Assembly (NCBI RefSeq): GCF_006345805.1
Contig: NC_042997.1
Coordinates: 82,832,001 to 82,896,000 of the forward strand
Source of the DNA: Octopus sinensis
Lineage: Eukaryota
DNA: 64,000 nt
Direction of reading: 5' to 3'
In this document: positions 25,215-36,988 of the stretch, in pieces
Layout: each line of letters opens with the position of its first letter
Numbering within the stretch: the stretch's first letter is position 1
Program-made: the position numbers and the translations under genes
Notes under the pieces: model-generated
The model's input: only the letters and a program-made list of their open reading frames with translations
The model's database searches: none
What the model was told of the DNA's origin: nothing

Positions 25215-25600
25215 AGTGATATACATATGGTAGATCCTGGAGGGGTTGGCACTAAACTATGTCATCAAGAGCTATACAAACCCTCGAACTTGTGTTCGCT
25301 GCACTGTTCCAAAGGTCCAAGCTATCCCGTCTAGAGTGAGAATCATGCACTGCAGCAGCTTGAGATTCAAGGGCACACAGCTATTTAATGCCTTGTCAAA
25401 ATATCTGAGAGATCTTCATGGAGTAGGAGTAAATGTTTTCAAGAAAGAACTTGATCTCCTGCTGTCAAAGGTTCCTGGCGAACCTATATATCACGACAAG
25501 TAACTGAAAAGAGGGCAGTTGTGTTGAACTCATTCACCAAAAACCAATCGCATAGGAATGGCTACTGAAAATGTAATGACACTGATGGTGTTCCGGCATG
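25215..25600 (+). mobile_element. CR1/L2-group LINE 3' fragment
   Basis: SLRFKGTQLFNALSKYLRD...VFKKELDLLLSKVPGEP resembles CR1-group ORF2 C-termini. Confidence 0.6.
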
Positions 25601-25902
25601 GTTACAACCTTTGGGCTGAAATCTATGAATATATAAAACTATATATATCTATATATGTAAAGCTGAGAATGTGCGTTTCTGAATTAGCCCAAAGGCTGAT
25701 GATATACTCAGTTGGGTTTAATTAATTGGATTCGTAACCTGAATATCCTTTTGTCAGTATTTCTGTACCAATGCTGGTATTCTGTACAAGTATCGGTATA
25801 ATTGCTGTGTATGCATTTTAATTCGGACCTAACCCAATGCCTTACCTTTAAGTGCCTTATTCACCCAAATCATAATATAATATGATACAATACAATATTA
25901 TA

Positions 25903-25950
<48 letters not shown>

Positions 25951-25951
<1 letters not shown>

Positions 25952-26456
25952 TCTTTTACTTGTTTCAGCCATTTGACTGCGGCCATGCTGGAGCACCGCC
26001 TTTAGTCGAGCAAATTGACCCCAGGACTTATTCTTTGTAAGCCTAGTACTTATTCTATCGGTCTCTTTTGTCGAACCGCCAAGTTACGGGGACGTAAACA
26101 CACCAGCATCGGTTGTCAGTCGATGTTAAGGGACAAACACGACATAAACATACACACATATACATACATACATACATACATACATATGTATGTATATATA
26201 TATATATATATATACTTTGATACTTTGATACTTTGATAGGTTTCGGCCATTATTGGCCCAGGCCATGTCTAACTTAATAGCACCACCTGATACGACGGGC
26301 TTCTTTCAGTTTCCGTCTACCAAATCCACTCACAAGGCTTTGGTCGGCCTGAGGCTATAGTAGAAGACACTTGCCCAAGGTGCCTCGCAGTTGGACTGAA
26401 CCCCGGAACCAGGTGGTTGGTAAGCAAGCTACTTACCACACAGCCACTCCTGCGCC
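25951..26456 (-). mobile_element. SINE family B (tRNA-like head, CORE-like ccttgggcaagt, central microsatellite)
   Basis: Reverse complement of the copies at 36289 and 52410. Confidence 0.8.
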
Positions 26457-27257
26457 TATATAAAGATAATATACAAATAATGGTCATTGAATATTTTTCT
26501 TTACTAATCTACACAATATTGTTAGCCTGGTGTAATATCAAAGAAAGCATTAGTCGACTACTGAGTGTTATAAGTTACATAAATGACAAAAGAAAAGAAA
26601 CCGAATTAAGAATATAAGATACAAATAGATAAACATGAACACAAAACCAAGATCCAGAATCTGAACAATGCGAGGAGCAGCCGTTTATATTTCGTTGTGT
26701 TCACGATTAAAATCGTAGATGCAACAAATTTTCTTGTTGGAAATTAAAGATTATGTGCAAATAAACAGTTACTGAAAAAACAAACAAAAAAAACACCCAT
26801 ATATTATCATAACTATTTTTCATGGTACTTTATATATCGGTTTTTATTACAAGTTTTCTTCTGACATAATTGCCGAAGTATTTTCATCTGTCTTGTGTCA
26901 TGGGCAACCATAAATATCGTCTATAAACTTTAGTTTACGAAAGCTTCTCACTCCTGTGGTCACGATTACAGGTATTCGTAATGCAATCCATAGATTTGGT
27001 ATGATTGCGTGAAGTATTTCACTGAATAAATGATTGAAAATAAATCTTTCTGATGTGATTTGTATTTGTGAATTCGTCAATGCACTCGTATCCCTTCTCA
27101 GATTATTCTCTTACTTTAAGAATATGCTCTACATCGAATTCTTTTGCTAATGCTAATGATCTTTTATATCCATTTGCACGACAAACACTTAAGTAATTAG
27201 TGATACTATTCATTAATCAAACTCCCCTTGACAATTCCACTGAGATATTCTGTATAG

Positions 27258-27392
27258 GTTGGCAGACAACATTTACCTGAAGACATCATACCAAAACTTT
27301 CATCATCGCTAAAAGACTCTGATCTTCCATTTGTAACACAAGAGTTTCTGTTTCATGTCGCAGAAACAGAAACAAGCCAAGCATTTCTGAAA
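27258..27392 (+). CDS. Candidate exon A of an unannotated multi-exon gene
   Basis: tgtatag acceptor; VGRQHLPEDIIPK...SQAFLK, phase 0-0; donor AAA|GTTCAT is weak. Confidence 0.4.
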
Positions 27393-27520
27393 GTTCATAA
27401 AGAGCTTCTCAGATTCCTATAATTTCATATTTAATGGCTTTGACACATTCTAATCTGCATTTCTATCTAGTTTTCTATGGCGGTTTCGCAGTGAGGCATT
27501 TAACATGTTTTTCTTTTTAG

Positions 27521-27558
27521 TACACGCCATCATCTAAGAGATGCAGGAAACAAAACAT
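27521..27558 (+). CDS. Candidate exon B
   Basis: tttttctttttag acceptor, gtaagc donor; YTPSSKRCRKQN, phase 0-2. Confidence 0.55.
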
Positions 27559-29110
27559 GTAAGCACTGGACAGTACCAAAAGATAAAGTGGATTCCTGTC
27601 AACTTAATGCACTGTCGCCATCCATTATGTTCAAACTATGCTATCTACATGACATATGAAAACGCCTATTGATTTTCTTTCGTGTCTGAATCATTTTATT
27701 CTTATCTTTCATGTTTGAACCATTATCGAATCACTGACCTTTGCATTCATGTAAGTTATGCTCGCTTCTCTTAGAAAATCAACTATACTTTCAGATAATC
27801 CTTTGCCTGTAATATATATAACTGCTTTAGAGCTAACAAAATGTTCTTTTATTGAGCTGTCTCCTACAGCTAAAAGTCATTTAAATGAAATTGCTCCGTA
27901 TGACATATCAGCAATAAGTCTGAAATACTTCACTGAAGATAAGTCTGAAATACCTCACCTCCACTCTCTCTGTAATGTGCACACATCCCTATGAAAAAAT
28001 TATGTCCGAACCCACAGCAGAACTGGAGTACAGATTGCCAAATATGATGTAGACTTGCTCATTGAATATTCTAATACTGTTTCTTTATAATGTTTACTGA
28101 TTCAAGCACAAAGCCAGTAATTTTAGGAGTAGGGCTCAGTTGATTCAGTCGTCCCCAGTACTTGACTGGCGATTTATTTTATCGATTCCAAAAGGATGGA
28201 AGGTAAAATCTTGGCGGAATTTGAACTCATAACGTAAAGAACCGGAGCAAATACCGACGCTCTAACGATTCTGGCCATCCAATGCTTATTGTTTTTCATA
28301 CTGGTTTCAAATTTTGACACAAAACCAGCAATTTTAGGGAAGGGGTAAATCGATTACGTCGAATCAGTGTTCAAATGGTATTTATGTTATCAACTCCAAA
28401 GGATGAAAAGTAAAGTGACTTTAGCGGAATTTGAAAGGTGACCTTGGCGGTATTTGAATTCGGAACGTAAAGAGCCGGAAAATTGCCGCGAAACATTTTG
28501 TTACATGTGCTATCAATCTTTCCAGCTCGCTGCCTTGTTTTCTTATAATAATAATAATAATGTGTTGAGTAAGTCACAAAATTTGAAGTAGTTCGATGGC
28601 TTCAGTTCTAATAGATATTTAGGGGGAAAATATGAAAGTCGGGTAGGATGCCTTGCAATTTTTGTTCTGACTCTTTGCGTTCCGAGTTCAAATCCCGCCA
28701 TGGCCTACTTGATTAGTAGATCTAATCCGTCGCTCAGTTTAACACAACCACCTGTCACCTTGGATATTTTTAATGGAGTCCACTCTGCCGCAAACATTCG
28801 AACCAAATTTCCGGTCTGACAATACATGTTTCCCTCCCCCCCTTCCAGAGGCCCTTTAACAAGCATTGCTTTCCCTTCTGACTAAGAAAACAAAATAACT
28901 TTTCAAATTTTTCTACACTTCAAGATGGTTTCTTGAGTTGCAAGTATAAATACACTGACTGCCTTAACCTACTTGAGACAGTATTTGTGTATTTTGAAGT
29001 GTGAAGTAATTCTATAATCAGTTAAGTAGCTAATTTCTCAAATGGAAGAGGTTGATGAGGGGAGAAAATCAGCTCCAAATCCATTTTTCAAACATTTCCA
29101 TTTGTTACAG

Positions 29111-29179
29111 ATTTCAAAGTCTTCATGATGTGTATATGCCTTATACACACAGCATCCTATTTCTCAATAAACAAGGCCA
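29111..29179 (+). CDS. Candidate exon C
   Basis: ttgttacag / gtaaat; FQSLHDVYMPYTHSILFLNKQG, phase 2-2. Confidence 0.6.
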
Positions 29180-29610
29180 GTAAATGCATCCACAATATTA
29201 GCAGTGGAATGGAATGGATTGAATACGATCTGTTTGATACGTGGTGGTGTTTTACAAAAAGGCATATAGACCTATGATAAAGTGCACTCTGGTTATGGCA
29301 TCTTGTCTTTTGTTCAAGCATACTGTATTTAGGCTTATATTATCCAGTGTGTGTATGTGTTTTTTTAAGACGGCGGTGGATAGTTTAAAATGAACACTGA
29401 AACGATTTTGACGATAATGATGATAATTATGATGACGAACACTGGTTGGCTTAAACAATTTTAAATAATTTCCCAGCATTTAAAAATATAGCAAATTGTC
29501 AGGTGATTGACGCTAAGGTGACAAAATAACAAAAATTGAATAATTTCTAAAATTAGTTTCACATAATTATTTCTTTAAACTGAAAATTACAGCTCTTAGA
29601 TGTTGTTTAG

Positions 29611-29698
29611 CAGCCAACAGGAAGTTTCATATCTATATCCTATCAATGATTCATGGCCAAAACATTTAACTCTCATCCGACCTATTACCTTTGTAAAG
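29611..29698 (+). CDS. Candidate exon D
   Basis: ttgtttag / AAG|gtaagt; SQQEVSYLYPINDSWPKHLTLIRPITFVK, phase 2-0. Confidence 0.6.
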
Positions 29699-30272
29699 GT
29701 AAGTATTATGGGTGGTAAGTTAACAGAAATCTGTAATTAATGAACGTGGCCGTCTCGAGTGAAAATTCTTCCAAAAAGTGTCACTTCTATATAGATGGCT
29801 TTTGTCAGTCTAACTTCATCCGGATATATTACACAATGACGAAATCTTTGCAAGACATTCTCTAAACTAATACAACCTCGTTAATTTTCTGTTTAGAATG
29901 AGATATGAAATATTAATTGTTCCAGTCGTAATCAAATCATCGTTTTTTACACCAAAGTTTATATTGTCCGACGTGTACCTCTTCTTTTAAGATAGTAAAA
30001 TGTGATTTGAAAAAGATTTAACTGCAATTTGTAGCAGGCTGTGCGATCACATAGATAATTCCTCGTTAATAGGCTCTAGAAAGAGAGCCTATTAAATAGA
30101 ACGAACCATCGTATCTAAACAGGCATAAAAGGATAGTATTCTCAAAATACTATATGGTAACATGAATCAGTGTTCTCATGGAAGTGGGAATGGAGTTATG
30201 AGGATTGAAAATGTATGAGACAAATTGCTAGCTATGATCAATAAAATTAATTTGGCTTCCTACGTATTTTAG

Positions 30273-30307
30273 AAGTGTAACAGATGTGATTTCTTCTGAA
30301 GAACATG
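30273..30307 (+). CDS. Candidate exon E
   Basis: cgtattttag / gtaagc; SVTDVISSEEH, phase 2-1. Confidence 0.6.
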
Positions 30308-30607
30308 GTAAGCCACAGAATATTGTTTTGTGTTGCATGTTAAGACATCATTACAAAAGAGTCGAAGATTAACTGTCAGTTCATTTAATAGCCTTGGGAT
30401 ATTAGTTATTGTTGTTGAAAATAATATGACGTGAAGGTTTAGAAAATTTGAAATATCATGAAGACGGTAACTAATAACAAATTTAGGATTCCCGAGGTTA
30501 TTTCTTCTTATGATATACAAATCATTAGCAAAAGTTTTGGGCATGGAAATTAAAATTCTAAACTGCATCTAATACATGACTTCATTTGTATTGATTTATT
30601 ATAAAAG

Positions 30608-30672
30608 AAGGAGAAATAGGATGGCTAAAGCATCTCCATAAATGTCTGACAGTAGACTGTAATATACACAAT
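30608..30672 (+). CDS. Candidate exon F
   Basis: ttattataaaag / gtaagc; GEIGWLKHLHKCLTVDCNIHN, phase 1-0. Confidence 0.6.
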
Positions 30673-30893
30673 GTAAGCTAAGGAATTTAACTCTTTGAAA
30701 TTACAGTCGCAACGATATGTTCAAAATAAAACAAAAGATGGCAGAGAATACAATACCAGATTTTAAATTAATTGAAATAAATTAAAAACAGGATTTAGTG
30801 AGGAGGCTTTTGATATTTAGTAGGTGTCTTTTACCGTTTAGTCGTTGAAGGAAGGGAAGTACCCATGACCTTTACTTTTTCAAGGCCTCCTAG

Positions 30894-30958
30894 ATTGGTG
30901 AAGAAAAGGAAAAAAATGATCTTCAAACCGGAGTCCCGGCTCATGTGCTTGCAACAGA
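30894..30958 (+). CDS. Candidate exon G
   Basis: ttttcaaggcctcctag / gtgaac; IGEEKEKNDLQTGVPAHVLAT, phase 0-2. Confidence 0.55.
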
Positions 30959-31676
30959 GTGAACTTCGCTAAAAGAAACTCTCCGATCAACCAAGGATCT
31001 GGTAGTGGTGTTAAACTGGGCGACGGGTTAGGTCGGTCAGTCAAGAATCCAGAATGAAAAGAGACAGATAAAATACTACAAGACAGTAGCAATTCCGCCA
31101 ATCCACTGTCCTGGACTAGAACTTTATTTCATCGACCACGAAAGGTAGAATCCTCGGCAGAATTTGAATCAAGGGTGCAGTGAGTCAATATAAGTACTGC
31201 AGAACATTTTGTTATATGCTTTAACAACTCTGCCAATACGTAGCCTTAGTGATAAATCATTAAGCTAATTGTTTTCTTACTATAGAGAAAATTTGAACTA
31301 ACATTTCTAGATTCACCACATTAAATTCATTAGTGCTCACTATTTGTTTTCATGCAGCAGTCATTTTGGGGTGTTCCATCATTCCCTCAAGTTGCTCTCA
31401 CAATTTTTGTGCACTCTTCTATGTTCTGAGTTCAGTTCCCCGGTGTCGATAAAATAGGTACAAGGCTTGACACACTTAGCTATATCCCTCATCTGTACTA
31501 TTTGTGGATGGCTATCGGATCTTTTCGGTTTCACAAGCCAGATCCACTTCAATTGAAGATTTCTACACATATGTTGTTTTTCACGCTAATTACGAAAATC
31601 ATAACCACATTTTATAGAAATTAAAATAAAAAAAGTTATGAACCATTAAATATTGTCATTTTCTTTTGAATTTCAG

Positions 31677-31740
31677 TTTGCCAGATGCTGTCATATTTGA
31701 CACGCTGGAAGCTGGAATTACAATATATTTGCATTACAAA
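31677..31740 (+). CDS. Candidate exon H
   Basis: ttcttttgaatttcag / gtaagc; LPDAVIFDTLEAGITIYLHYK, phase 2-0. Confidence 0.65.
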
Positions 31741-31906
31741 GTAAGCGAATATATTGAAAGGAAACAAATTTAAACCAGCGTGGAAAACATGAAATTGAAA
31801 AAAATCACACTGAACGATCGATTGGGATGAGACGATGTATTCCAGACGAGAAAGAGTGCTACCGGATCAGCAGATTTTCGGCAGTGTGTGTCACAAGATT
31901 TGGTAG

Positions 31907-31994
31907 GTGATACCATGCCGCAACGAAGACACACTTGAAGAATGTATCCATGAATCAGTTCTGCTTGGAACTACGATATATATTTTGACTTGTG
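31907..31994 (+). CDS. Candidate exon I
   Basis: Weak acceptor gatttggtag, donor gtaagc; VIPCRNEDTLEECIHESVLLGTTIYILTC, phase 0-1. Confidence 0.58.
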
Positions 31995-33354
31995 GTAAGC
32001 CTATTCTCATATCTCAGAGATGCTAAGCTATGATTTTCGGTATAGAACGGTGAACCATGGCGTCAAACATAAGTTCATTTCTTTTGTTATATTTTTAGAA
32101 TATTTTGTTCCATTTTCTTTCATTAAATATTTTTCATCATGAGAAAAATTTGTATGACGTTTATATTATGAATTTTTCGCAGAAAAACGAATATTAAAAA
32201 AAAAATTGTGGGGGAAAACAAACCCAAAACAAAATGTGAATGGACGCTTCATTTCCGACTCCCGGTGTGTCGAAAATGACTGCATCTGCTTAGCTAAAAT
32301 TTCTTTACTTTTAATTCCTTCAAAAATATGGTTACTTCAAAAATATGGTTACTATTTTTGTAAGTACCATGGAAAAATTTCAAAGATTTCAGATCTTGTT
32401 TGAAAACGAGGATTCTCACCTTTCTTGTGTCTTCAGAATTATGTCTGTTGACTCCTCTAGATGGTAAATACGTGATGTGTTGTGTTTTACGTTGGATCTG
32501 AAATATCTTAGAAGGTAAGTATCGTGGGGGGAGGGGGCACATCATTATTTGAACTAGCATGTATGTAAACACTGATGTAAACTGAAAATTTGAAACGTTA
32601 AGTTCGACAGGTATCATGCTCATTGATATTTGATTTGCTATTGTTTAATCTGAGGCTAGACTTGATCGAACAAAACAATGGTTAAAAGCGTTCCAGCCGT
32701 GTCTTTTCATTTTTTAATTTTATTTTAAGAAGTACAACGTCCAATGTGTCCTCTTTGTTAAGATGTAAAATGTGATTTGAAAGGGATCTGGCTACTATTT
32801 GTCGGAGCTTGTGTAAGGTAGATGATCCCTCGCTGGCTTGAAGCTTTCGAATTGATAGAACATGTTAAATAGAGCGTGTCGACGTAGCTAGAATAATATC
32901 ACATAATAGGCAGGAATGGATTTGGCACTCAGTCAGCCTACAGTATCAAATTCTTTCGAGATTAATTAAGTTATATACAACACTTAACGAACGTCGAATA
33001 AAGTATTTTGTGATATTTAGTTACAGATTCATAAGTTCTGAGTTCAAATCACGCTGTGCTTAATTTTGCCTTTCAACCTTTCGAGCTCGATAAAATAAAG
33101 TACAAATTCTGAACTCGAGCTAAAACAGCTATACAGCTACCCTGATGCATCTGAAATTATAATAAAAGAATAAGACTAGGTTAGAGCACTGGAACAGTAA
33201 ATAATCATAAGACAAAACAGCAAATTGGCAGAGTTATTAAAGCGTCGAATAGAATGTTTAGGGACATTCGTTCCAGATCTCTCAGCTCCGAGTTCCCATC
33301 CTCTGTTTCATCCTCTCAAATTTCCACAATTGGGATATCTTTTGTCATCATCAG

Positions 33355-33454
33355 GAGAGAAGAGTTTGCAATTCCTTAAAGTAACTCCTGCAGTTTCTAC
33401 GCGGGGCAAAGCTTCTCTAATATTTATTTCACTTGGCACACCTTTCCAGAAATT
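33355..33454 (+). CDS. Candidate exon J
   Basis: cttttgtcatcatcag / gtaaat; EKSLQFLKVTPAVSTRGKASLIFISLGTPFQK, phase 1-2. Confidence 0.6.
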
Positions 33455-34411
33455 GTAAATTACAGAGGGTTTTCTTTAAGATTTTTTCCCTTTAATATAT
33501 CTGGATACATTAATTATTAGAAGTAGAAAAGTTCGATTTGCATTTTCTAAGATATTTTAGATCATAGTACATGGAATTGTTACCATTTTATTATAGTGAA
33601 AATCAACCATAGAATGTGTATAGATTTGTTTACTATAGATTTAAGTATATAAAATTCGATTAGATTTTTTTAAATAGTTTGGTTATCAGAAAAGATAAAT
33701 TAGATTTTCAAATATCTTCCATGACTTACATTCTTGGAATAAAATTGATGATCATAACAAAATCAAGAAAAGTTAGTCGAAAATGACAAATCTTGAAGAA
33801 AAGAAACCATTTATGTCTGATTGGAAACAAAGTAATGTTTGAGCAAGCATTTAACTTTATGGTGTCCTATTTCGTAAGCAAGAATTCATCAGTCTTGTCA
33901 ACAGAAATATATTTGTACATTGAGTTTCAACAGCTTCCCTTTTGTAAAGAAATAACTTGGGAAACATTTTTCTCTCAATAAAATAGTTTCTGAGATAGAT
34001 ATCTGATGTACACATCCACCAAAATGTTTATGGAAAGTCTGATTTACTTTCTCTACAGCAATCTTCAAGGTTCTCTGGTGATCAGAAATTGTAATCGAAA
34101 TTTCTGTTAATCACACAGCTATCAATTTTCCAGGTCTAACTACAACCAATTTTGTTTTCCAGAAAAAAAAAGAGCCAAAGAAAGTATCTACTCCGGTCAG
34201 TCACTCTGGAACTTATTTCATATTCTAAGAAATACAGTCAAATCCTTGTAACATTTACAACACGTCGAAGATATATTAAAAAATCAAAGCATTCATATAC
34301 TTAGAGGACTCATAGATGCTGTTGTCTTTATTGTGTTTCGGTGACACGATGATAGAAACCAATAAAATTAACTAAGATATTAACTACTCTCAATATAATT
34401 TTCTTAGCATG

Positions 34412-34457
<46 letters not shown>

Positions 34458-35162
34458 AGCAGCACCATCACCAGCACGACCACCTCCAACAAACAGAAAA
34501 AAAAAACATGAACTTGAGAATTCTAAAGCACTTGTCATCTCAGCTAATCTTTGCTTTAAATAAAATGCTCATATTTTATCGTCTCGAAATAGATATTTAT
34601 CAATTAAGAAAATAATATTGACCTCAAATTTTGGCACAAGGACAGCATTTTTTTGGAGGGAAAGAGTAAGTCGATTACATCGACTCCAGTGTTTAAATGG
34701 AACTTATTTTATCGACCCCGAAAGGATGAAAGGCAAAGTCGACCTCGGTGAAATTTGAGCTCAGAACACAAGGACTGACGAAATGCTGCTAATAATTTTG
34801 CCCGGCGTGAAAACGATTCTGCCAACTCGCCGCCTTGATGCTATCAAATATCAAAAAAACAAAATATATCTCTGAATTGCACAATATTCTTTCGGCATTC
34901 ATTGAGTAGTTTGTTCTGCGCTCAGTATTACGCTTAAACGTTTATTAAGCCTTTATACATTTTATTTGCAAAAATTCTGGATTGTTGAATATTATCTGAT
35001 ATTTGTCATGGTTAGGATGTTGCACTCACGATCGCTAGACCGTGGGTTCGATTCGCTGACTGGGCAGTGCGTTGTGTTCTTGAGCAAAACACTCCATTTC
35101 ACATTGCTCCAGTCCGCCTTCGATCAAGGGGGATTGTTGGCCTGCTCGCTTAGCCAGGCACG

Positions 35163-35300
35163 TCGCTGAACAGCTTCCAGACGATTGATATCCTGGGCAA
35201 GATAGGGGTTCCAGACCGGTGATGCAAATTCCAGGTGAGGTCTTACCATAGCTATATAAAGCCGGAGATAGATAGCCGGAGAGCGGCTCACCAAGGATTT
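35163..35300 (-). mobile_element. CR1/L2/Jockey-group LINE RT C-terminal fragment
   Basis: LYIAMVRPHLEFASPVWNPYLAQDINRLEAVQR. Confidence 0.7.
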
Positions 35301-35409
35301 GGTTATATATATATATATATATATCGTCAGTAAATCATAAATTCGAATGAGAAGCACACTCTAAGTTACAGAGCAGTAGAGTAACCGGCCATAACTATCT
35401 TTATGGAAT

Positions 35410-35457
<48 letters not shown>

Positions 35458-35460
<3 letters not shown>

Positions 35461-35854
35461 GCAGTATCGCCCGGCGTTGCTCGGGTTTGTAAGGGAAATA
35501 ACTATATAAGCACTTTTAGAGATGTAAAGTATAATAGCCATCTCAATATGGTTAACCACAAAGGGGGTGGTGGTGTTACTGTAGCTTTTTACGTTCTGAG
35601 ATTTAATAATAAACTTTTAGAGAGTTACTTCCCTTATATATGCCAAAAATGCATTAAAATGGGAAAAATTGATGGTAAATTGTTTTTAAAATCGTAGACT
35701 CATCGTAGACGCGCGCTAATACCCAGAAGGGCTCGATATGAATCACGACTATAAGATACTCGGTTTTGGTTAAACTGCACCGCAAAATGTGGGAGTAGTT
35801 AGGAATCTAAATCGTAGGAGACAGACAGCACACAACCTTACTTATATATAAAGA
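35458..35854 (-). mobile_element. Complete non-autonomous Helitron (~397 bp) in a (TA)n tract
   Basis: A|TC 5' end (GA at 35853-35854); CTAG|T 3' end at 35458-35461 with subterminal hairpin cccggcgttgctcggg. Confidence 0.75.
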
Positions 35855-35855
35855 T

Positions 35856-35890
<35 letters not shown>

Positions 35891-35895
<5 letters not shown>

Positions 35896-36223
35896 ACAAG
35901 GGGTGAAATTAATTAATTAAGAAATAATCAGTAATTTCACCAAGTAGAATTCGGCATGAAAAGGACCATTTCATGGTAAGTTTAAGTAATACTATATAAT
36001 TAGGGTTCAGCAACGATTTGCTTCACAACATACCAAAGTTTAGAAATAGCAGTCAAAAAATCTTAGCTATTCCTTCTACTTTTTTCCCTTTTGCCTGCGT
36101 GGTTTGTTTTCAAGTGCTTTAGTTTTTTCTGGGAACTCCCTTTAAAGTAGAGGGAATAGCTAAGATTTTTTGACTGCTATTTCTAAACTTCGGTATGTGG
36201 TGAAGCAAATCGTTGCTGAACCC

Positions 36224-36228
<5 letters not shown>
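35891..36228. repeat. Diverged relative of the 603-bp unit: tail segment plus inverted arm, in (TA)n
   Basis: Clear homology to the array unit (gggtgaaattaattaatt...caccaagtag...ttagaaatagcagtcaaa); inverted arms 35998-36080 and 36146-36228. Confidence 0.8.
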
Positions 36229-36283
<55 letters not shown>

Positions 36284-36288
36284 ATATA

Positions 36289-36650
36289 GGCGCAGGAGTG
36301 GCTGTTAGGTAAGTAGCCTGCTTACCAATCACATGGTTTCGAGTTCAGTCCTACTGCGTGACACCTTGGGCAAGTGTCTTCTACTATAGCCTCGGGCCGA
36401 CCAAAGACTTGTGAGTGTATTTGGTTGACGGAAACTGAAAGAAGCCCGTTGTATATATGTATATGTATATATATATGTGTGCGTGTGTGTTTGTGTGTCT
36501 GTGTTTGTCTCCCCAACATCGCTTGACAACCGATGCTGGTGTGTTTACGTCCCCGCAACTTAGCGGTTCGGCAAAGAGACCGATAGAATAAGTACCAAGC
36601 TTACAAAGAATAAGACCTGAGGTCGATTTTCTCGACTAACGTTTTTGCAA
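36289..36650 (+). mobile_element. SINE family B copy
   Basis: ggcgcaggagtggct head, ccttgggcaagt, central (TA/TG) microsatellite. Confidence 0.8.
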
Positions 36651-36927
36651 ACACAGCAACATCTGTTGTCAAGTGGTTGCGTGAGAAGGAGAAAGCATAC
36701 ACACACGATGGGCTTCTTTCAGTATCCGTCTACCAAATCCACTTACAAGACTTTGGTCGGCCTGAGTCTATAGTAGAAAATATTTGCCAAGATGTCACAC
36801 AGTGGGACTGAATCTAGAACCATGTGTTTAGGAAACAAACTTCTTATCACATATAAAACGTAAAGCTGCTTCCCGAGTCATATAGATTCACAGGACCAGT
36901 TTTTCAGGGATATATATACACATATAT

Positions 36928-36985
<58 letters not shown>

Positions 36986-36988
<3 letters not shown>

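Noticed and set aside
27758-27994. 78-aa ORF and a 30-bp - strand micro-exon with good splice sites at ~27960-27990
   Set aside because: No recognisable motif and no partner exons found.
33860-33900. CTGATGA...GAAA on - strand as a hammerhead
   Set aside because: No stem II pairing, no stem III or NUH triplet, no stem I.
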